DNA of 39,210 bases from a virus (IMGVR_UViG_3300042207_000154:1-39210); one strand, 5' to 3'; positions 8,920 to 18,484 are shown, numbered from the stretch's first letter. The notes: generated by a model from the letters alone, not told the origin. A program made the numbers and translations.

Positions 8920-9543
8920 ATGAATTATCCAACACAAACTATTATCCCCACTGGCTATCGCCAAAATGCTAAAGGCGACTTAGTACCAGAAGATCGCATT
9001 AAGGCCGTCGATAAACTGCGCGATGAAGTCGTGCTGTCGATAGTCGGTTTTGCCAAAGATCTACGAGAACAAATGCTGACCTTTAAACTGGTCACCATGG
9101 CGCAAATTGATGATTTTTCTGAACTGTCTGCTAGCGAATACGGCGTCAAAGTGGGTGGTAGTAAGGGCAATGTATTACTCACCAGCTTTGATGGTAAATA
9201 CCAAGTGCGCCGCGCTGTGGGCGAACACCGTGTATTTGATGAACGGATTCAAACTGCCAAAACCTTAATTGATGACTGCATCAAAAGTTGGAGCGGCGGC
9301 GCAGATACTCGCCTAATGGCAATGGTTGAACATGCTTTTCGCGTTAACCAACAAGGTCGAATTGATGTTAACCAGGTACTGAGTTTACGCCAACTGGATA
9401 TCGACGATGCCAATTGGAAACGCGCCATGGACGCCATAGCCGATGCTATTCAAGTTACAGGGACTAGCCAGTATTTACGCCTTTACGAGCGCCAAGCGAA
9501 CGGCAAATACACTCAACTTCCACTTGATATCAGCACGCTTTAA
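8920..9543 (+). CDS. DUF3164 family protein
   Basis: GY..NAKGDLVP, GGSKGNVLLTSFDG, W..AMDAIADAI, YLRLYER motifs. Confidence 0.88.
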   Translation: MNYPTQTIIPTGYRQNAKGDLVPEDRIKAVDKLRDEVVLSIVGFAKDLREQMLTFKLVTMAQIDDFSELSASEYGVKVGGSKGNVLLTSFDGKYQVRRAVGEHRVFDERIQTAKTLIDDCIKSWSGGADTRLMAMVEHAFRVNQQGRIDVNQVLSLRQLDIDDANWKRAMDAIADAIQVTGTSQYLRLYERQANGKYTQLPLDISTL

Positions 9544-9552
9544 GGAACGGTC

Positions 9553-9846
9553 ATGACATCACATATCACTGCATTACTCGATGATAACCAGGTTCGACTT
9601 GATCGCGTGGCGTTTAAGCTGCGCCTGGGCGAATTACTTGACGCCGATGTTGAGTCACTACGACTCACATTAAGCACCACTGCTGTTGATACGCCTCATT
9701 TAACCCTGCAATTGTGTGCCGCTATGTTGCATGAGCTGCGAGGCTTTGAATCACAACTCATGTGCGACAAACGCAAAGTGGTGTTTTACGCCGCCAAGCG
9801 TGCACTGGATGTACTTGAGCCAGACACTACTTCATCCACCCAATAA
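9553..9846 (+). CDS. Early hypothetical protein
   Basis: AAGGA RBS, operon packing. Confidence 0.7.
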   Translation: MTSHITALLDDNQVRLDRVAFKLRLGELLDADVESLRLTLSTTAVDTPHLTLQLCAAMLHELRGFESQLMCDKRKVVFYAAKRALDVLEPDTTSSTQ

Positions 9847-9854
9847 TTAACCCA

Positions 9855-9921
9855 GCGAAACCCGCCTCACTCTTGGGGCGCGGTCTATCTAGCGTAGTGG
9901 CTAGGTACTGATGAGCAGCTA
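9855..9921 (+). ncRNA. Hammerhead ribozyme, type II
   Basis: GC-GAAA(9857-60), stem III, GUC(9883-85), stem I UAUCUAGC/GCUAGGUA, CUGAUGA(9908-14), GC; all core nucleotides present. Confidence 0.88.
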
Positions 9922-9931
9922 AGGATACGTA

Positions 9932-10105
9932 ATGAAGTTAACCGCCTATGCCAAACAACTACTGCGATACGTGCAAGCTTATAGTCCGAAACAGTTTGAT
10001 GCAGAGGGTTATTTAGACACCTACATACCCGATTGGCGCAACCGTAAACGAGGACCCAAAGCAAAGCGAATCGTCGTAATCGATGATGGATCAACAGACA
10101 ATTAA
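9932..10105 (+). CDS. Small hypothetical protein (57 aa), absent from ORF track
   Basis: AAGGA RBS at 9921; MKLTAYAKQLLRYVQAYSPKQFDAEGYLDTYIPDWRNRKRGPKAKRIVVIDDGSTDN*; fills the gap up to the gemA RBS. Confidence 0.7.
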   Translation: MKLTAYAKQLLRYVQAYSPKQFDAEGYLDTYIPDWRNRKRGPKAKRIVVIDDGSTDN

Positions 10106-10116
10106 GAGGACGTTAC

Positions 10117-10725
10117 ATGAATGCATTACCCGAACAAACCGCCGATTTAATCCGCAACAAGAATCGTTTGAAAACCTTAATCAATGTTGCCAAAGGCCAA
10201 TTAGGGCTAGACGACGAGCTTTACCGTGGCATGTTAAAACATGCCACAGGCAAAGACTCGTTGCGGATCATGAGTCTGGCAGAATTAGAAATGGCATTAA
10301 CGGCCTTTAAAGATAAAGGATTTAAAGCTAAAAAGTCGGGGTTAAATAGCCATAAAACCCCAGTTAAACCGCGTTTAAGCCAACCAGCAGGCCGCAGTAA
10401 ATTAGCCATTATTGATAAAATAGTGGCGGTATGGATCACCATGAGCCACCACATGATAGTGCGTGATAGCAGCGAAGCTGCCTTAGACGCCTATGTCCGA
10501 CGCATGACATTACGTTGCCATGGCGAAGGGGTTGATAGCGTACGTTGGTTAAATCAAGACATGGGATATCAAATACTCGAAAGCCTTAAAAATTGGCATA
10601 AACGTGAACTCACAGCACGCATTGTTGCCCGTGGTGAAACGCCGGTAAAAGGCGCTTCACGTCATGCCGCCAGTTACCAAGCCATATTAGAGCAGTACCA
10701 AGGCATTGGCAGGGCTTGTAAATGA
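10117..10725 (+). CDS. gemA: GemA / Mu gp16 (DUF1018) protein
   Basis: INVAKGQLGLDDELYRGML..TGKDS, KIVAVW, SEAALDAYVRR, ILESLKNW. Confidence 0.9.
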   Translation: MNALPEQTADLIRNKNRLKTLINVAKGQLGLDDELYRGMLKHATGKDSLRIMSLAELEMALTAFKDKGFKAKKSGLNSHKTPVKPRLSQPAGRSKLAIIDKIVAVWITMSHHMIVRDSSEAALDAYVRRMTLRCHGEGVDSVRWLNQDMGYQILESLKNWHKRELTARIVARGETPVKGASRHAASYQAILEQYQGIGRACK

Positions 10726-10779
10726 GCCGTTTATCACCTTTACTTACATGGCATGTTAATGCCAAAGGATGGCAAACAC

Positions 10780-11232
10780 ATGAGTAATTCATCACTTCAA
10801 CATAGCCAATGGGACAAGCAAATGGACTTGTTAAACACCGAAGCGGCAGAGTTAGAGCAAGCACTAGAAACCTTGCAAACGCTAAAACCAGACGAACGTG
10901 AAGACTTCATTAAGCGCTGGCCTTCAACCTTGCAAAGCTTATGTGAGCTAATGCGCATCACCCTAGAGGGCAATAATGTGCCCAACTCAGTAGCAGTTAG
11001 TGAGGCACTCGCCACCACCTTAAGCACCTATTTAGGTGGTCGTGACATGTACATTCCCAATGGCGAACGCCTTAAAGATGCCCTGCGTGATATACGTATT
11101 TGGCGCCAGTTTAAGGGTAATAATCTTGAGCAACTGGCAAGGGAGTATGGCCTAACTGAGCGTCGAGTCAGCCAGATCATTGCCGAGCAAAGAGCGGCGT
11201 TTGTGGCGAGGAAGCAGAGGAGATTGTTTTGA
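10780..11232 (+). CDS. mor: Mor/C-family transcription activator
   Basis: YLGGRDMYIP, RDIRIWRQFKGNNLEQLAREYGLTERRVSQII; start codon uncertain (10753, 10759 or 10780). Confidence 0.9.
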   Translation: MSNSSLQHSQWDKQMDLLNTEAAELEQALETLQTLKPDEREDFIKRWPSTLQSLCELMRITLEGNNVPNSVAVSEALATTLSTYLGGRDMYIPNGERLKDALRDIRIWRQFKGNNLEQLAREYGLTERRVSQIIAEQRAAFVARKQRRLF

Positions 11233-11296
11233 ATATTAGCACATAGACTTTTGTTATAAATTATATTTCTGTTAGTCTCACATATAGTGAAACTAC

Positions 11297-13969
11297 ATGG
11301 ATGAAGCGCTTATGATTTACGGTACAGATTGGTATAAATTTGATTTTCATTGTCACTCTCCTGCCTCAGATGATTATAGAGATAGCAAGGAAGTATCTCC
11401 TAAAGAGTGGTTATTAAGTTATATGAAAGCCAATATAGATGCCGTTATTCTCTCAGATCATAATACTGGGGCATTTATTGATAAAGCTAAACAAGCTTTA
11501 AATGAACTAAAGTCTGAGTTTGAGGCTGGTAATATTAATGGATACAGACAATTAACTATCTTCCCTAGTGTTGAGTTGACAGCAACAGGAAATGTTCACA
11601 TTTTAGGTGTTTTTCCTGAGAACTTTAATTCAGAACAAATTGCTGGTGTAGTTGGTGCATGCGGAAAACCATTAAATTTACTAAATCATAATTTGGTTTT
11701 AAGCTCAGGCGTTGAGCAATGCTTGGATATTATCAAAAGTAATAAAGGGCTAACGATTTTAGCACATGTAGACAGACCAAAGGGCTTGTTGAAAACAGAG
11801 AAAAATCTAGGTGCGATTCAGCAAGTATTTGATAAACAAATAGATGCAATAGAGCTGAAAGGCGATATTAAAGAGCTTGATATTCAAAAGCGAAAGTTTA
11901 TTGAAAATATGCCACTGGTTATAGGTTCTGATTCTCATGAGCGTAATACATCAGGATGTCTTTATACTTGGGTCAAGATGAGCCATGTTAACTTTAGTGG
12001 TTTGAAGACTGCTCTAGCTGATCATGAGTATTCAGTTATTCGTAGTATTGATGGAGAACCTCCAGCGCAACCATCTAATAGAGTTGGTGTAATTAGGATA
12101 AAAACAAATACATGTTCTATTGGAAATGAGCCTGTAATTGTAGGTTTTAGTCCATGGTATAGTTCTATTATCGGCAGCAGAGGAAGTGGGAAATCAACAG
12201 TCATTGAGTATATTAGATATGCTTTAGGGCTTGATAATGAACTACCGAAAGATATTAAATTAAAGTACGACAAGTTTGTGGCTAAAACGGTTGGTCAAGA
12301 TTCCTTTATTGAACTCGATTATTATAAAAACTCTCAAAAATATTTGATTAAAGCTTCCCCTTTCGAACGAGTTGTTGAATTTGAAGAATCAGACGGTGTT
12401 GTTACATGCGAACCTTTTTCTCCTCAAAGATTCCCTGTTTCAATTTATAGTCAAAAAATGTTATTTGAGATTGCAAACGCAAGTAATGCTTTTTTACGTA
12501 TAGTCGATCAGTCGAAAGAAGTAGATTTTGATGCTTGGAATTCAGCTCATCAAGTTTTAATAAATGAATATAGTGCTCTATTTGCGAATAAAGAGAGGCT
12601 TATTGCTAATACGAGACAGCTTAAAGACTTCAAAAACGAATATAAAGATATAAGTTTAAGCATTGAACAGGTTCAAGATTCTGATTATACAAAATTGGTT
12701 GCAGAAAAAGAACTTTTGGATAAAGAAAAAGGATATTTAGATCAATTTATTAAAGGGTTGCAGTATGGTTTAAGTCGTGTAGAAACAGCTTGTGCAGAAT
12801 CTGTTTTTGAATCAACAGAACCAGGGTATAAATTAGATGATATTGCAGAAAAGTGGATATTTGATGCTAATCAGCTAAATATTGATTTTGCTAAAAGCCT
12901 TAATTCTTTAATCGGTTCTTATAGAGCAAAGATTGACGGACTTATAGAGCGTTCCCCATATACAAATAATTCAATATCCTTAGAAGAAAATTCTATTGCC
13001 ATTCAAAAATGTGTTGAATCATTAAATGAGAAGGGTGCATCACCAGAACGGTTGATTGAACTTGTTAAACAAAGAGCTGATTTATCAGAAAAAATCAGGA
13101 AATTGACCTCGTCTCCAGAACTGCTATGTAATGTCATTATGTTGCTTAATCTAAAATATCAAGAATTAGTCGATAGTCGAAAAGATTTGACGAATAGACG
13201 ACAACAATTTATTGATTCACTTAGTGTTGAAAACCTGAAGATACAAGTTTTACCATTAGGTGAACCGGAAGATGATTTAATTAGTGGTTATCAAAAAGCT
13301 GTTGGTTTTGAATCGTTTAGTGAACATATTTTCGATGTGGATTCAAAAAAGGGATTACTTGGGAATTTAGTCAATGTAGAGAAGAGGAAGCCAAATGCTG
13401 CATTAGATGTTTACATCGAATTGGATCGGCTAAAAGATTTTCACACTGATTCTGCAGACTCAATGAAGGCTAAAGGACTGCATGCTTCGTTCGCTAAAAA
13501 ATTGAATGATCTAACAAATGATCGTCTAAGAGCGTTGAATACTTGGTTTCCTGAAGATGGTATTTTTATCAAGTTTAAAAGAGATGATGAAAGTTGGTCT
13601 AATTTAGAAGACGGCTCTCCAGGCCAACAAAGCGCATCGATGTTAAGTTTTCTTTTAAGTTATGGTGATGAACCAATAATTATTGACCAACCTGAAGATG
13701 ATCTTGATTGCGCTATGTTGTCTACAAATGTAATTCCGAATATAAGAAATAATAAATTTAGAAGACAATTGATACTTGTAACGCATTCTGCGCCACTTGT
13801 AGTAAATGGTGATGCAGAGAATGTTATTTCTATGAAGTTCGAGAAAGGGAAAGTAACAGTTGGGAAAATGGGAGCTATACAAGAACTCGATATGAAAGAC
13901 TTAATTTGCAAACAGATGGAAGGCGGCAAAGATGCCTTCAAATCTCGTTATAGTAGATTAACTACCTAA
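11297..13969 (+). CDS. PHP phosphoesterase-ABC/AAA ATPase fusion (TrlF/Ppl-like), putative anti-phage cargo
   Basis: PHP motifs DFHCHSP, SDHN, VEL, AHVD, GSDSH; Walker A GSRGSGKST; coiled coil; SPGQQ; Walker B/D-loop IIIDQPEDDLD; LVTHS; AT-rich. Confidence 0.9.
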   Translation: MDEALMIYGTDWYKFDFHCHSPASDDYRDSKEVSPKEWLLSYMKANIDAVILSDHNTGAFIDKAKQALNELKSEFEAGNINGYRQLTIFPSVELTATGNVHILGVFPENFNSEQIAGVVGACGKPLNLLNHNLVLSSGVEQCLDIIKSNKGLTILAHVDRPKGLLKTEKNLGAIQQVFDKQIDAIELKGDIKELDIQKRKFIENMPLVIGSDSHERNTSGCLYTWVKMSHVNFSGLKTALADHEYSVIRSIDGEPPAQPSNRVGVIRIKTNTCSIGNEPVIVGFSPWYSSIIGSRGSGKSTVIEYIRYALGLDNELPKDIKLKYDKFVAKTVGQDSFIELDYYKNSQKYLIKASPFERVVEFEESDGVVTCEPFSPQRFPVSIYSQKMLFEIANASNAFLRIVDQSKEVDFDAWNSAHQVLINEYSALFANKERLIANTRQLKDFKNEYKDISLSIEQVQDSDYTKLVAEKELLDKEKGYLDQFIKGLQYGLSRVETACAESVFESTEPGYKLDDIAEKWIFDANQLNIDFAKSLNSLIGSYRAKIDGLIERSPYTNNSISLEENSIAIQKCVESLNEKGASPERLIELVKQRADLSEKIRKLTSSPELLCNVIMLLNLKYQELVDSRKDLTNRRQQFIDSLSVENLKIQVLPLGEPEDDLISGYQKAVGFESFSEHIFDVDSKKGLLGNLVNVEKRKPNAALDVYIELDRLKDFHTDSADSMKAKGLHASFAKKLNDLTNDRLRALNTWFPEDGIFIKFKRDDESWSNLEDGSPGQQSASMLSFLLSYGDEPIIIDQPEDDLDCAMLSTNVIPNIRNNKFRRQLILVTHSAPLVVNGDAENVISMKFEKGKVTVGKMGAIQELDMKDLICKQMEGGKDAFKSRYSRLTT

Positions 13970-14044
13970 TCCCGAAACCTTTCTAACCCTCTAGAACACT
14001 CTAAACCGAGACAATGAACCTATGTTCCTTGTCTCGGTTTTTTT
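13969..14044 (+). promoter_or_regulatory. Putative activator-dependent late promoter (Plys-like) overlapped by hairpin/terminator
   Basis: Shared TCCCGAAAC(A/C)TTTC(T/C)AA(T/C)CC motif; GACAAT at 14010; 17-bp stem 14003-14040 plus T tract. Confidence 0.7.
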
Positions 14045-14572
14045 ATGGGTCTTTTTCAGCCAAACAGTCCTTACAGTCCAGCCTTTATTGCCGCGGTTAA
14101 CTTTGTGTTCAGCAAAGAGGGCGGTTATCACTGCAACCCTAATGACTTAGGCGGTGAAACCCATTTTGGCATTAGCGCCAGGGCGTACCCTAAAGAACAC
14201 ATTGCCAACCTAACCCAAGCGCGGGCGCAGTTTTTATATCACCGTGATTATTGGCGCGCCGCATATTGTGAGCAATGGCCTACTGCGGTGGCCTTAATGG
14301 TGTTCGATGGTGCAGTGCAACATGGCTGCATAACAGCAATTTGCTTACTGCAAGAATGTGTAGGGGTAAAAGCCGATGGCCAAGTTGGCCCAATTACCCG
14401 TAATGCGGTTAATCAAGCAGATCCCTTATGGTTAGTTGCTCGCTATGTACTACGCCGAGCAAGGCTATACAGCCGCATTCAAATAAAAAATCCAAGTCAG
14501 TCGGTGTTTATTGAAGGTTGGTTTAACCGGTTGCGCGATGGCATTAACGCTGCCTTTGAGGTGGCTGCATGA
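14045..14572 (+). CDS. Endolysin, glycoside hydrolase family 108 with peptidoglycan-binding domain
   Basis: EGGY...P.D.GGET.FGIS, DGAVQHG, ADGQVGPIT, F..GW.NR. Confidence 0.92.
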   Translation: MGLFQPNSPYSPAFIAAVNFVFSKEGGYHCNPNDLGGETHFGISARAYPKEHIANLTQARAQFLYHRDYWRAAYCEQWPTAVALMVFDGAVQHGCITAICLLQECVGVKADGQVGPITRNAVNQADPLWLVARYVLRRARLYSRIQIKNPSQSVFIEGWFNRLRDGINAAFEVAA

Positions 14573-14862
14573 GTTTCATTAACCATCATCAAGCCAAAAG
14601 TGCAGTCAATCACTCACCCATAGCTTGTTCAGGCCCTAAGCGCATTAAAAACCGTGTCCACCGTCAATGCGCCAAAGACGGTTTTGATGCGCATATTCGA
14701 GCTGAAATCGCGGCAAAAAAGCCTAATGATGTAGCAGCAGTAGCGCCTTTATATAGCCACCATTCAACTCGTCAAAGCTATTTTAATTTGGGTTGGCAAG
14801 CAGTCACACCCACTCATGTACTACGTGCTAAAGCCCGCATTAAATCCAACGATAAAGGATAA
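14569..14862 (+). CDS. Hypothetical protein in lysis module
   Basis: ATGA overlap with lysin, GAGG RBS. Confidence 0.7.
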   Translation: MSFINHHQAKSAVNHSPIACSGPKRIKNRVHRQCAKDGFDAHIRAEIAAKKPNDVAAVAPLYSHHSTRQSYFNLGWQAVTPTHVLRAKARIKSNDKG

Positions 14863-14865
14863 CTC

Positions 14866-15456
14866 ATGGACCCTATTACCCTTACGGCCATTGCCTCAAC
14901 CTTATTAAAAACAGGACCGGATTTAATCCGTAGCCTGGGCAGCTTTTTTGATGACGATAAATCGAAGACGGCCAATAAAGTGGCTGATTTAGTCGATATT
15001 GCCAGTGGTAAATCCAACCCACAGCAAGCGTTAAACCAAGCGTTAACGGCATTGTCACCACAAGATTTAGTGCAATTAAAAACTGTCGCTGGCGAATGCG
15101 AAGTCGAACTGGCACGCATTGAAGCCAAGCAAGCGACAACGGTTCACCAACAAACCCAAGCCACCATTCAGCACGGCGATGACAGCCAAGACCCTTACGT
15201 GCGCACCACTCGGCCACTCATGGCCAGAGCATCTGGCTATGTTACTGGCTTATACGTGCTGGGTATGGAAGGGCTAGCCGCGTTTGGCTATGGCCAAGGT
15301 GCTCAATGGGACTTAGCCATGATGATGCTTTCACCATTATTAACTTACATGGGTCTGCGTGAAGTGGGTAAATGGCGGCAAGGCAAGTCGACTGGCACCG
15401 GCTTGCTGTCGAGTCTTGGGCAGCTAATCCCGCCAGCATTTAAAAAAGGGGCCTAA
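14866..15456 (+). CDS. Putative holin (3TM/GTA-holin-like)
   Basis: DPYVRTTRP motif, C-terminal hydrophobic segments, YMGLREVGK; lysis module. Confidence 0.7.
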   Translation: MDPITLTAIASTLLKTGPDLIRSLGSFFDDDKSKTANKVADLVDIASGKSNPQQALNQALTALSPQDLVQLKTVAGECEVELARIEAKQATTVHQQTQATIQHGDDSQDPYVRTTRPLMARASGYVTGLYVLGMEGLAAFGYGQGAQWDLAMMMLSPLLTYMGLREVGKWRQGKSTGTGLLSSLGQLIPPAFKKGA

Positions 15457-15672
15457 ATGCAATTAGAAGACTGGGCAAGCAGTATGGAACAAAAAGAACG
15501 TGATGTCGCAGTGGCCCGTGCAAGGTCAAACAAAACCGAGCAAGGTAATGGCGTCTGCCGTGGCTGCCTTGAACCCGTAGAAGCATTGCGCAGTCATGCA
15601 TTACGCTGCTTGAGCTGCCAGCAAGACTTTGAGCATCGACAGCGGATCAAAACGGGAGGTCGGCGTGTTTGA
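15457..15672 (+). CDS. TraR/DksA C4 zinc-finger protein
   Basis: D.AS..EQ N-terminus; CRGC...RCLSCQQDFE. Confidence 0.82.
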   Translation: MQLEDWASSMEQKERDVAVARARSNKTEQGNGVCRGCLEPVEALRSHALRCLSCQQDFEHRQRIKTGGRRV

Positions 15673-15964
15673 TCTAATCAAAGAGTTTTGGGTGCAAATC
15701 TATGCAGTGATCTCATTAGTGTTACTTATCGCCAATTGGGCATTGGCGAAAACCTACGCCAAAACGGACTCAGTATCCATGCTCGAAAAGCGAGTCGATA
15801 AATTAGAGATCATTGCCGAGCACTCACCCAGCAAAGAAGACTTTCATCAATTAGATAAGCGCATGGCCGAAGTTAACGGCCAACTCACCGCCATCGCCCC
15901 ACAACTTAAATCGCTGCAAAGCATGACCGAAATGCTCACCGAAAATGAATTGCGTGGTAAATAG
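15665..15964 (+). CDS. DUF2730 / Mu gp25-like membrane-anchored protein
   Basis: GTG after GGAGG; N-terminal TM helix, coiled coil, ends LTENEL. Confidence 0.8.
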   Translation: MFDLIKEFWVQIYAVISLVLLIANWALAKTYAKTDSVSMLEKRVDKLEIIAEHSPSKEDFHQLDKRMAEVNGQLTAIAPQLKSLQSMTEMLTENELRGK

Positions 15965-16008
15965 CCGCGCCAGTATTCACCAAGAGCGCCGCAAATAAGG
16001 AACAACAA

Positions 16009-16305
16009 ATGTCGTTAGTTGATATTAAAAACGAGCACCAGCGTCGTTCAATTCTCAATGCCCTTAGTGCCATGGTCGGCTTTGGTGCTAACCATTCTAT
16101 GGTGCGTGATACCTGTGCCAGCTTTGGGGTTGAAATGAGTAACGACACCATTAAAACCCAGCTTTATTGGCTCGAAGAGCAGGGCTTAGTAAGCATTAAA
16201 ACCCAAGGCAACTATCTTATTGCCGAGCTCAAATCACGTGGTCAAGACGTGGTTAATGGCCTCACGTTTGTGCCAGGCATTAAGCGTCCAAGTGCAGGGG
16301 ATTAA
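16009..16305 (+). CDS. Mu gp26-like wHTH protein
   Basis: RRSILNAL, L.WLEEQGLV, RGQDVVNG...PGIKRP. Confidence 0.82.
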   Translation: MSLVDIKNEHQRRSILNALSAMVGFGANHSMVRDTCASFGVEMSNDTIKTQLYWLEEQGLVSIKTQGNYLIAELKSRGQDVVNGLTFVPGIKRPSAGD

Positions 16306-16307
16306 TC

Positions 16308-16886
16308 ATGGCCGACGTGAAACCAGACAACCCAACCCGTGGCCGTCGCTCTAAAGTCGATTTGCTGCCAGAATCTATCCGTAAGCATTTAGATAAAGGC
16401 TTGCGTGATGGCTCTATCACCCAGCTTGAGTTGTTAGACGAAATTAATCAGCTGATAAACGCGACCGGTTTGCCCGACGACCTACAGCTGTCGCGCACTG
16501 GCTTAAATCGTTACGCTACTAAAATGGAGGCGGTCGGTAAAAGTTTGCGTGAAATGCGCGAAATTACTCAGGTATGGACCGCCGAACTGGGCGACAAGCC
16601 TACCGGCGAAGTCACTAAACTGATATTAGAAATGGCCCGTTCACAGCTGTTTAAAGCCTTATTAAACGAAGACGACGAAGCAGCAGATGTGGGCATGATT
16701 AAAGATGCCATGTTAGCGGTGCAGCGTCTTGAATCTGCTGCCATGGCCAGCCATAAGCGCGAAAAAGAGATCCGCACCGCCTTTGCTAATGAGGCCGCCA
16801 ATGCCGCTGAAAAGGTCGCTAAATCTGCAGGGCTCACCAGAGATGCCGTAAGTCTACTCAAGCGTGAAATATTGGGGATCGCCTAG
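16308..16886 (+). CDS. Terminase small subunit-like (DUF3486, Mu gp27)
   Basis: GRRSKVDLLP, LSRTGLNRY, ends EILGIA; precedes terminase. Confidence 0.85.
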   Translation: MADVKPDNPTRGRRSKVDLLPESIRKHLDKGLRDGSITQLELLDEINQLINATGLPDDLQLSRTGLNRYATKMEAVGKSLREMREITQVWTAELGDKPTGEVTKLILEMARSQLFKALLNEDDEAADVGMIKDAMLAVQRLESAAMASHKREKEIRTAFANEAANAAEKVAKSAGLTRDAVSLLKREILGIA

Positions 16887-18484
16887 TGAATACGCAGCCT
16901 CACAGTTTTAGTAAACCCCAATTTGATCCGGCAATGGAGGCGAGCTATCTCAATGTGTTTGACCCCAAAGAGGTGTTGCTAGGTTATCAAAAACGCTGGA
17001 TAGCCGATGAATCGCAGTTAAAAATTGCCGAAAAGTCTCGCCGAACAGGATTAACCTGGGCAGAAGCGGCCGATGGCGCATTAACCGCAGGGGCTGCCCG
17101 TGGCCAAGGTGGCACCAATCACTTTTATGTCGGTTCCAATAAAGAAATGGCCCGCGAGTTTATTGACGCTGCTGCTATGTGGGCCAGGGTGTTTGATAAA
17201 GCCGCTGGCGATATTCAAGAAGAGATTTTTATCGACGATGGCCAAGACGGCAAAGAGATTTTAACCTTTGCTATTTACTTTGCCTCAGGCTTTAAAATTC
17301 AAGCGCTATCGTCTAACCCCTCAAACCTGCGCGGTATGCAAGGTAACGTTACCATCGACGAAGCCGCATTCCATGAGCGCCTTGCCGAAGTATTAAAAGC
17401 GGCACTGGCGTTAACTATGTGGGGTGCAAAAGTACGCTTAATCAGTACCCATAATGGCACCGACAACCTGTTTAACGAGCTGATTAACGATTCCCGTGCA
17501 GGCAAAAAAGACTACAGCGTTCACCGCATCACCTTAGACGATGCCTGTAACGAAGGCTTATATCAGCGTATTTGCCAAATCCGTGGCATCAAGTGGCTGC
17601 AAGCGGGCGAAGATGACTGGAAAGCCAAACTCCTTAAAGCCACTGCCACCGAAGAAGATGCCCTCGAAGAATACTTTTGTGTGCCTAAGTCCGGTGGTGG
17701 CGCTTACTTAAACCGTGCGCTTATCGAAGCGCGTATGGCTAGTGTTGAACTGAGCGGCCCCGTGGTTCGCTTAGCCAAAAAAGATGAATTCGGCCAGTGG
17801 CCAGAAAACCTGCGAGCAGCAGAAATACTGCAGTGGTGTGAAGATGAATTAAAGCCTGTACTGGATAAATTAGATCCCTCACGGCCTCATGTATTTGGCG
17901 AAGACTTTGCCCGCAGTGGCGACTTAACCGTCATTGATGTGGGCGAGCTCGCCCAAGACTTACACCTTACCGTTAAGCTGCAAGTCGAGTTAAAAAACAT
18001 TCCCTTTCGGCAGCAAGAACAAATCTTGTTTTACATTGTTGATCGCTTGCCGCGTTTACGTGGCGGCGGCATGGATGCGCGCGGTAACGGCCAAGCCTTA
18101 GCTGAATACGCCCAGGACAAATATGGCACCGAAGTGATTGAATGCGTGATGCTGTCTGAGTCGTTTTATCGTGAGCAAATGCCACGCTTTAAAAGCTACT
18201 TTGAAGATGCATTAATCACCATTCCAAGGGACGACGACACCGGCATCGATTTACGTGCATTAAGCATTAACCGCCGTGGCACACCATGCCTAGGTGACGT
18301 GCGCACCGGACAAGAGAAAGAGCGCCACGGTGATGCCGCCATCAGTTTGTTTTTAATGGTGTACGCCTCAACACTCGACGGCGCGCCCATCGAATTTACC
18401 CCCATTCCTAAAAGCGAACATCGCAATCCTAATGCCCGTCCGCATGACGATGATGACGCCACAACACAACGAGGTTGCTGGTAA
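16886..18484 (+). CDS. Terminase large subunit (Mu gp28-like)
   Basis: EKSRRTGLTW, LRGMQGNVTIDEAAFH, ISTHNG, GEDFARSGDLT, HGDAA. Confidence 0.93.
   Translation: MNTQPHSFSKPQFDPAMEASYLNVFDPKEVLLGYQKRWIADESQLKIAEKSRRTGLTWAEAADGALTAGAARGQGGTNHFYVGSNKEMAREFIDAAAMWARVFDKAAGDIQEEIFIDDGQDGKEILTFAIYFASGFKIQALSSNPSNLRGMQGNVTIDEAAFHERLAEVLKAALALTMWGAKVRLISTHNGTDNLFNELINDSRAGKKDYSVHRITLDDACNEGLYQRICQIRGIKWLQAGEDDWKAKLLKATATEEDALEEYFCVPKSGGGAYLNRALIEARMASVELSGPVVRLAKKDEFGQWPENLRAAEILQWCEDELKPVLDKLDPSRPHVFGEDFARSGDLTVIDVGELAQDLHLTVKLQVELKNIPFRQQEQILFYIVDRLPRLRGGGMDARGNGQALAEYAQDKYGTEVIECVMLSESFYREQMPRFKSYFEDALITIPRDDDTGIDLRALSINRRGTPCLGDVRTGQEKERHGDAAISLFLMVYASTLDGAPIEFTPIPKSEHRNPNARPHDDDDATTQRGCW

Noticed and set aside
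10083-10310. 75-aa ORF overlapping gemA, and antisense ORF 9885-10094
   Set aside because: Alternative-frame shadows of gemA and of the 57-aa ORF/ribozyme, without RBS support
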